Assembly (NCBI GenBank): GCA_014905635.1
Contig: JABVCE010000004.1
Location: forward strand, 1,736,001 to 1,787,601
DNA: 51,601 nt
From: Scenedesmus sp. PABB004
Taxonomy: Eukaryota
Direction of reading: 5' to 3'
Under the pieces are notes generated by a model, which saw nothing but the letters and a program-made list of their open reading frames with translations, made no database searches and had not been told where the DNA came from. Below are positions 22,777 to 35,600 of the stretch, piece after piece (the stretch's first letter is position 1; the number at the start of each line of letters is the position of its first letter). Made by a program: the position numbers and the translations under genes.

Positions 22777-23443
22777 ATGGGAGCGCATGGCCGTCTGAGC
22801 GCCTGGGCAAACGGCTGCCTGGAGCGCGAGGGCCTGGCGCGCCTGACCATCAGCATACTGGTCCTCACCACAGTCGGCTGCCTCGCCTATACCTGGGGCT
22901 ATGCAGAGGTGCGGGGGCGCGCCATGAGACCGGGACCCGGCCGCTGGCGGGCGCCCGGCAGCGGTGCAGCGCTGCGACGGCTGGGCGGCGCGGCGCAGCG
23001 CGGCATGCCGCTGCTGCTGCGCCGCGGCGGCGGGCGCGGGCGGCCGCGCTCGCGCTGCTGACCATCGCCCGCGGCGCGCGCAGGGCGTGCACAACGCCAA
23101 CACGGTGATTGCGGCGTCCGCGCCCGCCACGCCCGTGCTCTTCCACGCCGGCGCGGCGGAGGTGAAGCTCCCGCTGCAGGACGCAGCGCCGCTCCGCCTC
23201 GCTGAGGGCAGCGACGGCAACGACACGGCGCTGCTGCACACGGCCAAGCGGGTGCACAGACGACGGGCACGCAAGGCGGCGCCGGACGACCTGCCGTTGC
23301 TGCCGCCCTCGGACGGCCTCGACGCGGGCGCGGCAGGCACCGTCGCAGGGGCGGCGGCGGCGGCGGCGGACGCGGGCGTGGGCGCCATGGGCCCGCAGAC
23401 GCACGAGGCGGCAGCGGCCGCTGCGGCCGCTGGCGCGCGGTGA
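22777..23443 (+). CDS. Hypothetical small protein (~163 aa) with one N-terminal transmembrane segment, 2 exons
   Basis: GCCATGG start. Exon 22777-22908, GT-AG intron 22909-23083 with a GCTGAC branch point, exon 23084-23443 in matching frame. Hydrophobic stretch LTISILVLTTVGCLAYTWGY. Confidence 0.65.
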
Positions 23444-23841
23444 TGGCGGCGGCGCGGCGGCCGCCGTTGGAGCAGCCAGGCATCGAGTGGGCGATGCGTG
23501 TGGACGTGCAGTGCACGTGCAGTGCAGGACAGGGCGTCGAGCCAGGCGCGCGGACGCGCTGTTGCCCTAGCGCAGGCGCCGCGCTGCACACAAGTTGAGT
23601 CGGCGCCACGTGCCCGACAGCAGGCAGGCAGGCAGGCAGGCAGGCGGGACCGGGCTGCAGCAGCGCCGGAAGTGAGCACCTCGCGTGGGGCGGGGGCAAA
23701 CTGGCGTGGGTGCAGCTGGCTATTGACGGCCGCTCTGACGGGAGCGGCCGCGCGGCGGGTCGTTGCACAACGGCGGCGGTAACTCGCCCGCGTCCAACTC
23801 TGCGCCAGGCAGCCGCGAGCCAGCCAGCCCCGCAGGTCCCC

Positions 23842-24432
23842 CTAGTCCTGCGCCTGGCGGCCCCGCTTGCGCGGGTGCGCCGCCTCTGGCTGCGTGCCCG
23901 CGCCGCGCTTGGGGCTGCCGTCATCGCTGCAGCTGCTCCCCGCCGCGCCGCGCGCGCTGCTGGGCGGCGGGCTGCCGCCGCTGTGCTGAGGCGGCGGGGC
24001 GGCGGGCTCCGCCTCGTCCTCGGACTCCTCGCCGGACGCCGGGCCCTGCATGTCGTAGTATGGCTGAGCCTGCGGGCTCGGCGCAGCAGCCGAAGGGCTG
24101 AGGCGGCTGCCAGCGGCGGCACACGGCCGCGGCGCTGGCCCCGTGCGGCGCCCGGCCTGCGCCGCGGCCGACCTGGGGGCGCGGCGCGGCGTCAAAGTGC
24201 TCCACCTCGGGCGTGGCCCAGCCCGGCGCGGAGAGGTGTGCGACCGCGCCGCGGTTGTTGTGCCGCTCCTCGCCGGCCATAAACTGGGGGTAGTCCGGCG
24301 CGCTGCGCGCCGCGGCAACCAGGCGCTCAGCGCGCAAGGCGCCTCCCCCAGCCGCCAGCGGGCAGGGCAGAGTGCCCGGACGCCGCAGCGGCGCCGCCGC
24401 ACCTGAACAGCGTGGCGAGCTGGCCGTCTGCG

Positions 24433-24476
<44 letters not shown>

Positions 24477-25882
24477 TCTCGGCATGCGTCGGTCAGCTGC
24501 CGCAGAGCGCCAGCCAGCCAGCGCAGCGCTGCCGGCAGGCGCAGCGCGCTCACGGGGGCCGTCGTGGTCGATTGACCAGCCAGAGTCAATGTCAGGCATG
24601 CGCTCCGCCGCGCTGCGCTTGCGGCGCGCGTCGGGGCCCTCGTGGCTGCGGATGATAAGCCGGACGCCGTTGGAGGCGGCGAGGAAGGCCTGGGCGGGGG
24701 GGCGCGGGCGCAGGGCACGCAGCGCGTCGGCGCGCGGGGCTCCGCGGCTGCGCCGGCGGCGCGCGGCGCGGCGCGCCTCGGTGACGTCGGGCCCGAAGAC
24801 GGTGCCCACGCCGCGCAGCGCGTTGGGGCGGTGCGGCCCGCGCGGCGACGGGTCGCTCCACAGCACGTCCGACGCGACGAGCTGGCTCAGGCTGCCTGCG
24901 CGCGTGGCGGCGCCGGGCGTGGGCGGCCGCGCAGCTGCGCAGCGCGGCGGCTGCCGGTCACGAGCGGCGGCTCACGCTCGGGGTCGGGGTCGGCGCCTAC
25001 GAGCAGTGCGGCGGCCGCGGGCAGCGCGGTCAGGCGGCAGCAGCCGCAGCGGGCGCGGCGCCTCCCCGGGCACGGGCCCCACCGCGCCGCGCCGGGTCCG
25101 AGGGGCGCACCTCCTTTGCTCGCGGCGCGGAGGTCCTGCAGCCCCCCCAGCGCCAGCGCCGACTCGTCCAGGTCGAGCAGGCCCCGCGGGCGCGGCTGGC
25201 CCTTGGCGGGCCGCGGCGGCGCGCGGAAGAGGCCGCCGTGCAGCACGAGCGTGCGGCCGCCCACGAGCGCGGCGAGGGGCAGGCAGGCGAACAGCGCCAG
25301 CAGCTCCTTGTAGACGCCCCCGCCAGCCTTGCCGTACTTGGCCGCCACCTCGGCCTTCAGGCCGTAATGCGTGGTGCAAAAGCGCCCCTCGTGGTTGCCG
25401 CGCAGCAGGTAGACGTGCGCCGGCAGCGCCACCTTCCACGCGAGCAGCAGTGCGAGCGTCTCCACACCCCACGCGCCGCGGTCGACGTAGTCGCCGTTGA
25501 ACACGTACACGCGCTCCGCGCTCGGGTGGCCAAAGAGCTCAAACAGGCGCGCCAGGTCGTGGAACTGGCCGTGCGTGTCGCCGACGATCGTCCAGCGCTG
25601 CTCCGGCGGCGGCGCGAGCTCCAGCAGCGTCGGCTCCTTGTCCAGCAGCGCCGCCGCCTTGCGCAGCAGGCGCGTGAGCTCCTTCGCCGGCAGCACCTGC
25701 GCCGTCGCCGCCACGCCCGCCCAGGACGCCGCCGCCAGCGCGGCCTGCAGCTGCAGACACCACGCTGGCGTCGGCGCGCCACCCGGCGGCAGCGCCTGCG
25801 CCGCGAGCGGAGCCGCTGCCGCCGCGCCGCACGCGTCCGCAGCTGCCACGCCCCCGTCTGCCACGGCCGCCGCCTGCGCCAT
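23842..25882 (-). CDS. PP7: Serine/threonine protein phosphatase 7 (PPP family), 7 exons
   Basis: Exons 25882-25111, 24996-24976, 24895-24777, 24689-24554, 24427-24403, 24302-24173, 24069-23842. Motifs GDTHGQ, FNGDYVDRGAWG, LRGNHE, HGGLFR, DVLWSDP, IIRSHEGPDAR, WSIDH, TLFSAPDYPQF, PRPQAQPYYD (PP7-type). Ends in a basic NLS-like PRKRGR. Confidence 0.93.
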
Positions 25883-26612
25883 GGAGCTGAGGCAGGGGGC
25901 GGCCCGCGCTCCCAGGCGGGGCTGCGCTGGGCCGCCGCGCGCAGCGCCGCTGCTGCGCGCGCGGCGCAAGAATCATGCGCGAGGCGGCAGCGCCCACAAA
26001 GCGTGCAGGGACAAGAGAAGAACGTGGGAGAGCTGACCGTGCGGCGCCGGGGTCGCTGGCGCCTCACACGCGGCACACGCCGCGGCGGCGTGCGCGCCGC
26101 TGTCGTGAGCCCTGGGCGCGCGGGAGGGTTTGGGAGAGCGCTTGCAGTGGGCGAGCCAGTCGCAGTGCACAGCGCCAAGCCTCCACGCACCGCCTGCTGC
26201 CACCAACGCGCGCTCGGCAGCGAGCAGCAGCGTCGAGACAGATGCCCTGGGCTCGGGCGCGCCACGGCGGCGACGGGTGCGCAGGCGATGCTGTGTGATC
26301 GCGCCAAGACGCCTGCGCACGATCAACGCCGATCGGGGGCAGCAGGCAGCGCCAGCGCAGCGGCGGCAGCAGCGACCGCGCCCGGCAGCAGCGAGGTGGC
26401 GGCGCCGTCAGCGCCGCCACTGCGCAGGGCGCGAGGGTCCGCCCCGCCAGGCCGCCGGCGTGTACAGCAGCGCCGCTGCTGCGCGGCGCATGCACGCGCG
26501 CCCGCGCCCGCTGGGCGGGCAACTGCCCGCACGCCGCCGCTGCCTGCCGCCGCGCCGCCGCAGCGCGGCCGCCCGGCCCTGACCGGCGCGACACGCCGGC
26601 CCAGCGGGCGCC

Positions 26613-29600
26613 ATGGTCGAGGCCTTTGTGCTGGGGCAGCTGAACAAGAACCTTCAAAAGTACTTCCATGCCATCGACAGCCGCGCGCTCAGCGTGTCGG
26701 TCTGGCGCGGCGACGTCCGGCTGCAGAACCTGCGCCTCAAGCCGGAGGCGCTCGACAGCCTCAACCTGCCCGTCACTGTCAAGGGGGGCATCCTCGGGCA
26801 GCTGACGCTCAAGGTGGGCGCCGCCGAGCGGCGGCGGCAGCTGCGGGGGGCGGCCGCTGCTGAGCGCCTGCTCGCCTGCCCTGTCGCGCCCGCTGCGCGT
26901 GCAGGTGCCGTGGGCCAAGCTGGGGCAGGAACCGGTGGTGGCCGAGTTTGATCGCCTGTACATCCTGGCCGGCCCCCGCGAGGACGAGAGCCAGCGCAGC
27001 GCAGCCACAGCCGGCGCGGGCGATGGCAGCGACGGCGGCGGAGGCGGCGGCAGCGGCGAGCAGCAGGCGCCGGGCTCGCCCGGCGACGCGACGCGGCGCG
27101 CGGAGGCGGAGGAGCTGGCGGACAAGCGCGCGCGCGTCGCCAAGGCCGAGGCCGCCTGGCTCAAGGCGCGGCGCGCGGCGCGCGGCGGCAGGCCCGCTGG
27201 CAGCGGGGCGGCGCGTGCACGCCGCGCGCTCGGGCGCGCTCTCAGCAGCTCGCCCCCCGCAGGACACGGCGGCCAAGGAGGCGGAGGCGGAGGCGCCGCC
27301 GCCGCGGGGCGGCGTGGGCATGCTGCGCGCGATGGTTGACAAGATTATCGGCAACCTTGAGCTGCGCATCACCAACGTGCACGTTCGCTACGAGGACAGC
27401 AGCAGCTACGAGGGCCACAGCTTCAGCATCGGGGTCATGCTGTCAGAGATCAGCGCCCACACAGTCAACGCAGACTGGGCGCGAGCGTTTGTGTCGGAGG
27501 ACGTGCTCGCCATCCTGCGCAAGGCGCGGCCGCGCGGCAGCCGGGCGCCGCGCGAGCAGCCGGGCGCCGCGCCGCGGCGCCGCGCCTGGGCGGCGCGGCG
27601 CCCGACCCGTGCGCGTGCGCGCGCCGCCGCCGCCGCGGTCCGCAGGCGGTGCAGCTCAAGGCGCTGTGCATCTACTTCGATTGCGACGCGCCGCTGATCG
27701 ACCTCGGCGCCGCGCGCGCCGACCTGGTGCTGCCGGACGTCTGGGACCGGGAGATGCTGCCGGCGCGCCACCTGGGCGGCCTCGGTGCCGCGGCGCAGCC
27801 GGCCGGCGCGCCGGGGCAGCCGCAGCTGGCGCCGGGGCAGGCGGCCGGCGGCGGCGACGCCAGCGGCAGCGGCGGCAGCGGCAGCACCGGCGGCGGCGGC
27901 GGCGCGGAGGGGCCGCGGGCGCACACCTTCCTGCTCTGCCCCGTGGACGGCACGCTGCGCTACCTGCGGCGCGGGCGCAGCGCGCGGCGCAGCGAGAGCG
28001 ACGCCGAGCAGGAGCTAGACCTGCGCCTGCACAGCATCGCCGTGCGCCTGGCCCAGCAGCAGTACCACAGCACCCAGAAGCTGCTCACGGAGTTTGACCG
28101 CTACGCCGCCAGCGCGCCGCACAGGCACCTGCGCCCCAAGTGCCGCCCCACGCCAGGCGCGCGCGCGGGCGGACGGGCCCGGCGCCGCGCGGCCGCTGCC
28201 TCGCGCGCGCCGCCGCGGGCGCGCCCCGCCGCCGCCCCCCACGCGCCGCCGCCCGCCCGCCCGCCCGCCAGGCGCCGCGGCGCGGCAGTGGTGGCGCTAC
28301 GCCATCACCGCGGTGTCGCGGCAGCAGCAGTCGCCGAGCGCGCGCGCGTGGTCGCAGCTGCGCCAGGTCGCGCTGGGGCACAAGGCGTACGTGCCCACCT
28401 ACATGCGCGCGCTCGCGGCGGGCCGGGGCCGCGACGACCCCGCGGTCGCCGCGCTCGACGCGCGCCTGGATGAGGCCGTCATCCTGCTCTTCCGCCGCAT
28501 GGCGCACGCCAAGCTGCGCGCGGCGCGGCAGGAGGCCGCCGCCGGCGCGGCGGCGAGCGCGCCCGCGCAGCAGGGCTGGATCGGGTGGCTCATGGGCAGC
28601 GGGCAGCGGCCCTCGCAACAGGCCGCCGCCGCCGCCGCGACCGCGACCGCGGCAAAGGCCGGCAGCGGCGGCGGCGCGGGCGGCGCCAGCGGCGGCGGCG
28701 CGGAGGCCGAGCCGGAGCTGGACGCCAGCCTGGGCGTGGAGGAGTGGAACAAGCTGGAGCAGATGGTCGCGGAGCAGGCGGTGCGGGCGGGCGGCGCACT
28801 GGCCGCCAGCAGCGGGGGCGGGGCGGCCACCGGTCCATGCAGCGCGCCGCGCACGCCGGCCCCCAGACCCCGCCCCGCGCCCCGCCCGCCCGCCGCCGCT
28901 GCCGCAGGCGGGGCTGGGCATGGACCAGCGCGACACGCCGACCACGGTCAAGCTGGTGATGCGGCTGCAGGTCGAGATGGCCGCGCTGGAGCTGCAGCAG
29001 GGCGCGGGGCCGCTCATCCTGCAGGCCGCCATGAGCGGCGTGTCCAGCGAGGTCACCTCATACCCCACCACGCTCGACCTCGGCTTCAGCGTGTCAGAGG
29101 TGTGCCGCCGCCGCCGCCGCCGCCGCCCACGCGGCGCGCAGCGCACGGCGCGGAGCGCACCGTCGCCGCCTGCTCACGCCGCCGCCGCCGCTGCGCGCCG
29201 CACCGCACTGCGCCGGTCCGCCGCCAGTTTGGCGTGAGCACCGCGCACGGGCCGCTGATGGCGTCGGGCCTCATCACCACGAGCAGCCAGGCGGGCGCGC
29301 TGGCGCTGCGGGTCGTGCGCAACCCCCAGGACGGCGCCGCCGACCTGGTCGTGGAGCTGGGCGTGGCGCCGAGCTACGTGACCTACAACGCGGCCGCGCT
29401 GTCCGACGTGGCCGGGTTCTTCGCCTCCGACGACGCGCTCGAGCTGAGCCGCCTGCAGGCGCAGGCGGCGGCGCGGACCGACAAGTGGCGCCACATGGCG
29501 CAGCTGCACCTGCGCGCGCTCTCGCAGCGCGCCGAGGCGCAGAAGCCGCGCATGGCGCTGTCCATGACGCTGCACGCGCCCAAGGTCGCCGTGCCGGGTG

Positions 29601-32600
29601 CGCCCGCCCGCCGCACGCCCGCACGCCGGCCGCACGCCTCGCCGCCCCGCTCGCCGCCCACCCGCGCGCCAGCCGCCGCCGCCGCCGCTGTCGCCGCGGT
29701 GCGCAGACGCGTCTGGGCGCGTCACGCTCATCGCCGACCTGGGCTGCTTCACCGTCGCGACGCACCCGCGCGCGCTGGCGGGCATGTCGGCCGAGGAGGC
29801 GGCCCTGTACGAGGCGTTTGCGGTGCACGTGGATCACGTCGCCGCGTACCTCCTGGAGGGGCCCTTCGCCTGGCCGTCAAACCAGGAGCTCCTCGACGCA
29901 GCTGCCGCGCCCGCGCCCGCGCCCGCGAGCGCCGGCGCCTGCGGCGGCGGCGGCGGCGGCGACATGAGCCCGCTGCAGGGCCTGCTCGCGCGGCGCGCGC
30001 GCGTCGTGTCGCTGCTGGAGCGCTTTGGCGTCGCCCTGGACCTCCACGTCGCGACGAGCGTGCACCCGCGCTGGCCCGTGATGCGCCTCGCGCTCAACGC
30101 GTCGCCGCTGAAGCTCTGCCTCAGCCCCGCGCGCTTCCAGGCGCTGATGACGGTGCTCGCCTCCCTCGCGCCGCCCGCGCACCCCGGCGGCGGGCCCGAC
30201 GCCGCGGCGGCGGGGCAGGGCAGCGGCGCCGACATGCCGCTGTGGCTGTCCGAGGCAGAGTACAGCGCAAAGGTGCGGCGCGGCGCGCGCGCGCGCGCGA
30301 GAGCGCCCCGTGCTGCGCTGCACGTCGTGCGGGGGCCGCGCGGCTGGGCGCCGCTGACGAGGCCGCCCCGTCTCTCTCTCTCTCTCACGCGCGCCCCGCC
30401 AGGTGTCGCTGCTGAGCTGGGAGGGCATGACGAGCAGCGTGGCCAAGTGGCAGCCGCACCGCTGGGTGCACGTGTGGCGGGGGCGGCTGTACGTCACCGC
30501 GCACCGCGGCGACACCGAGCCCGCGCTCACGCGCAACTACTGGATGGCTGACCGCGTGCTCGCGCTGCCCCCCGCGGTGAGGCAGCCCCCCGCGCGGGGG
30601 GGGGGCTGAAGGGCCTGGGCGGCAGGGCGGCTGCAGCGCCCGCGGCGCAGCGCGGGCGGCAGGCAGTGCAGGCGCCGAGGTGGCGGCGCGCGCGCCCCGC
30701 AGGCGGTGGGCGGCGCGGACAACGTCGTCGCGGTGCTGCCCAAGAGCGTGCGGGCCGACGCCGCGGCGGAGAGCCCCGACGCGCTCGTGCTGCGCGCGCC
30801 GGACGCGGCGACCGCGGTGGAGCTGCGCAAGCGCCTCGCGGCGTCGGCCAGCCAGATGGCGGCGGTCGCGGGCCTGCTCTCGGTGCGCCCCCGCTGGCCG
30901 CCGCCACCGCTGGCGCGCGCGCGCGCGCCGCTGCCGCCGCCGCCCGGCCTGCGCAGCCCGCCGTGCTGACCCGCGCCTCGCCCCGCGCGCGCCCGCAGCT
31001 GGGCGAGGCCGACGAGGACGCTGCGGTGGGGACGACCAAGGACGTCTTTGACGAGCTCTTCAGCCACCAGCTGCTGGTGCAGCTTGTGGGCAGCATCAGC
31101 GAGGTGTCTCTCCTCGTCTGCGGCCGGCCCCCGGTGGCCTGGTGGCCCGCGCCACCCCTCGACGCGCTGCCCTCAAGCAGCAGCATCACCGGCCACCTGC
31201 CCGCCCCCGCCGGCGGCCCGGGCCCCGGCCCGGCGGCGCGGCGGCGGGCGCGGAGCAGCCGCAGCCGCAGCCGCAGCCGCAGCCGCAGCCGGACGGCCAG
31301 CCGGGCGCCGCCGCGTCCAGCCGGTCGCCGTCGGCCGACGCTGCCGCCGTCGCCGCGCTGGCGACAACCGCCTCGCTCGCCGGCGGCGGCGCCGGCGCCG
31401 GCGGGCCCGCCGGCCCGGGGGCGGCGGGCGGCGGCGGCATGGTAGTGCGGCTGGACGAGGAGGTTGAGCTGGTGGCCATCAAGTTCCAGGGCGCCCAGGT
31501 CGGCGTGCGCCTGAGCGGCGAGGCGTTCAGCGCTGAGTTCTTCATGGCCGCCCTCACCATGGACGACCGCCTCGTGGGGGCGCGCAACCCAGACAAGGCC
31601 CACATGGCTCGCTCCAGCATCGCCGCGGCGCCAGCGCAGGGCGCGTCGCCGCCGCGCCCGGCGCAGGCGCAGGACGCGGCGACCAGCCCCGCCGGCGCGG
31701 CGCAGGCGCAGGCCGGCGCGCCGGCGGCGGTGCAGCCGGCGCCGGAGCCGCCGCCCGCAGCTCCAGGCACGCCGCGGCGCGGCAGCGACAGCGGCGAGGA
31801 GCCAGCGGCGGCGGCGGCGGCGGGCGGCGACGCCGGCAGCGACGGCGCTCCGCGCACGGAGGAGGAGGACGACGAGTTTTTCGACGCCCAGGAGGACGAC
31901 GACCCCGCCACGCCCCGGCTGCGCCGCCGGTCGTCGACCAGCAGCAGCAGCCCACGGCTGGCCGCGCCCGGCAGCGGCCCGGGCGCGCCGCGCGGCGCGC
32001 CGCGGTCAGGCCTGGGCGCGCACCCGCTGCTGGGGAGCTTCAAGCTCAGCCTGCACACCCACGACGACGCCGGCGGCGCGGAGCTGCCGTCATTCGCGGC
32101 CGCGCTCGCCGCGTTCAACGCCGCGGCGGGCGACGGCGACGGCGACGGGTGCGGCGGCGAGCTGGTGCGGCTGCAGTTTGCGCGCTTCAGCCCGACCAGC
32201 GCGAGCTACAGCGGGCTGGACATGGAGGTCGGGCTGCGCCTCGCGACGCTGCTGTTCTTCTGCAACCGCCCCACCGTCGCGGCGCTCATGGTCTTTGGCA
32301 CGGACATGGCCGCCATCAACACCCTGCTCAGCGCGCCGCCGCCGGCGCCGCCGACGACGCCGGCAGCCAAGGCGCGCGCGCCCTGCGCGCGCGCGACATG
32401 GCGGCGGCGGCCGCGCACGCGCACCGCGCCGCCCACCCCGCTGCGGCTGCCGCCACGCGCGCGCGCGCAGGCGGACGAGGCGGGCGCCGACAGCTCGACC
32501 ACCGACGGAGAGTCGGTGAGCGACGCGCAGCTCGTGCGCGGCGGCGGCGAGACGCACACCATCTTTCGGCTCAAGCTCGAGGTGTCCAAGGTGGAGCTGC

Positions 32601-35600
32601 ACCTGGACTACGAGGGCGACGTCACCGCCCCGCTCGCGGTGGGGAGCATCGACGACTTCAGCCTCGCCCTGGACCTGCACCCCACCACGCTGGCGCTCGA
32701 CACGAGCCTGGGCAACCTGGTGGCCGAGTACGGCGCGCTGCCGGTGGGGCACCCCAACCGCGTCATGGTCTCAATGCGCGACGCAGCGGCGGGCAGCCTC
32801 ATTCGCGTCAAATTCAGGTGCGAAGCGGGCGGGCGGGCGGGCGCCACAGTGCCGCGTCGCTCGGGGCGCGCCGCGCCGCACCGCGCTGCGGCGGCGCGCG
32901 TCCGACCCGCCGGCGCGCGTGCCGCGCGGCGCCAGGATGCACTCGCTGGAGGACTCGTTTGCCGAGGGCCGCGTGCCCGGCGGGCTGACCTACATGAGCG
33001 TGTGGACGCGCCTCTCCACGGTGCAGGTGCGCCCCGCACCTGCACGCGCGCCTCGCGCGCAGCGCGCCGCCGCGCGGGCGCCGCCCCCCTCGGCCCGCAC
33101 ACACAACACAGCACACAACGCACGTCGCACTCGCCCCGCGCCCCGCACGCGCAGGTGGTGTTCATGAACCGCTTCCTCGCCGAGTTCCTGGACTACCTCG
33201 CCGCGCTGCTGGCCATGCAGGCGCCGCCCCCACAGGCCGTGCTCGACGCGCAGGCGGCGGCCGAGGCGGCGGCGGCGGTGGAGGGCGAGGGCGAGGGAGG
33301 GGAGGCGCAGCCGCCGCAGCAGCAACAGGGCGGCGGCGGCCAGACGCAGCAGGGCGGCGCGGGCGCTGCCAAGCCGCTGGTGGTGCTGTTGGACGTTGAG
33401 CTGGACGCGCCGGTGCTGCTCATGCCCCTGGACAGCGGCGCGGCGGACCACGTGGAGGTGGACCTGGGCACGCTCAGCCTGTCAAACCGCGTGGTGTGGG
33501 AGTTGCGGCCCGACGCGCAGCGCCAGAAGCTGCTGCTCGACGACATGCAGGCGCGGGCGGCGGCACTCTGCACGCGGCGGCAGCGCACGCGCGCAGCGCG
33601 TCGGGCGGCGAGGCGGCCGTCACGCCCACGCGCCGCTGCTGCTGCGCCGCCGCCGCCGCCGCGCGTGGCCGCCGCCGCCGACGCCGCAGATCACGCTGCA
33701 GAAGGTGTCGGGCTGCGTGGTGCAGGGCGGCGCGCGGGGGCGGAACATCATCCGCGAGATGGGCGGCGGCGTGGACGTGCGCGTGCGCCGCCCGCTCAGC
33801 GCCGACCCGCTGCCGCTGCCGCCGATCAGCACCGCGGTGGAGGTGTCCAAGCTGCGCGCCAGCCTGCTGGACAGCGAGTATGCGCTCATACTGGCGGTGC
33901 TGGCGGCCAACTTTGGCGAGGGCGCGGCGCCGCCGCCCGCCATCGCCACGCTGCACGGCGAGCTGCTCGCCGACCGCCTCGCCGCGCCGCCCGGCGCAGC
34001 CGGCGGCGGCGGCGGCGTCGCGGGCGCCGCCGCGGCGGCGGCCGCGGGCGGCGCGCTCGGCGGCGTGGCCAGCCCCCGCGCGCGGCGCGACAGCACCGCC
34101 AGCGTCGGCGGCGGCAGTGGCGGCGGCGCCGCCGCCGCCGCGGCGGCCGCGACGCGGACGCCGAGGTGAAGCGCGCCGTGGTGCGCGACTTCAGCGCCAC
34201 CGCGTCGTCGCTGCTGGGCGTGCTGGGCGAGAGCGTGACGGTGCGCAGCACGGTGGCCATCGGGGAGGCCAAGCTCATGCTCTGGGAGGCGCAGCCGGGC
34301 GGCGGCCCGCCGGTCGCGCTGGGCAGCGTGGAGGCGAGCACCCTGTGGCTCGTGGTGCACCTCACCGCCGCGGGCAGCCTGCTGGTGAGCCTGTCACTGC
34401 CGAGCGTGTGCGCGCGCGACCTGCGCCCGGGCGTGCCCAAGGAGGCGTCGCTCGTGCTGTCCACGGCCGAGATCGGCGCGACGCCCGACGACGGCGGGAG
34501 CACGGAGCCGGGGCTGCTGCCCAGCCTGCTGACCCTGGAGTTCCGCGCGGTGAAGAGCCTCGGCCCCGACCCCGCGGCCGCGCTGGCGGTGCGGCTGCAG
34601 CGCCCCACGCTCGTGCTGGACGTGGGGTTCATACTCAAGGTGCTCTCCTTTGTCGCGCCCGACGCGGGGCTGCAGGGCCCCGTGCCGCGGCCGTACGACT
34701 CGCGCGAGCTGCGCCTCGGCGGGGCGCCGCACGTCGCGGGCGGGCACCTGTGGCTGAGCCCCGCGTTCCGCCTCATCGCCGACGCGCCGGGCCTGGCCGA
34801 GGCGGTCTACGACGGCGCCGGCCACGCGCTCGTGCTGCCCGACTGCGTGCCCGCGGTGGAGCACGTCCCGCTCATTGTCGTCGGCCGCGGCGCGACGCTG
34901 CGCCTGCGCAACGTGCGCGTCATCAACCGCGACGCGCTGCCGGGCGTGCTCGCGCTCGCGCCGGGCGCGCGCCTGCTCGCCGAGGCGGCCGACGGCGTGA
35001 CGTGGCACGGCGCCGACGAGCTCGCGCGCCTGCGCGGCGCCGACGGGCGGCGAATCTTCGCCCGCCGCCACGCCGGCGAGCTGCGCGGCGGCGCGCAGGA
35101 GGGCGGCGCGGCGCCGCCGCCGCCGCCCGGCGGCAGCATGGCCATCGACGTCGCGGCGGTGGGCGCGGCGGTGTACCTGATCGACGCCCACACCGCCGCG
35201 CACCACCCGGGCCTGCAGGACCTGCCCCCGGGCCGCACGCCCGGCAGCGCCGCGGCCGCCGCGGGCGGCACCAGTGTGCCCGCGGAGCCGCCACGCCCGG
35301 GCAGCGCCGACGGCGGCCACGCGTGCGCGGGCTGCGGCACCGCCGCGGACGCGCCCGGCGCGGCGACGAGCAGCAGCGCCGCGCCCGCGCCCGCGGCAGC
35401 GGCCGGCGGCGGCGACGAGGGCGGCGCCGGCGGCGCGGAGGTGCTGCGCATGCTGGCGCTGAACCTCGACCTCGGCCTGACCATGCGCGTGGAGGTGCGC
35501 GCCTCGCGTGGGCGGCGCCGGCGCCCGGGCGCGCGGACGCGCGCCGGCTGACCGCGCGCCGGCTGACCGCGTGCCGCCGCGCTGCGTGCGCCGCCCCGCA

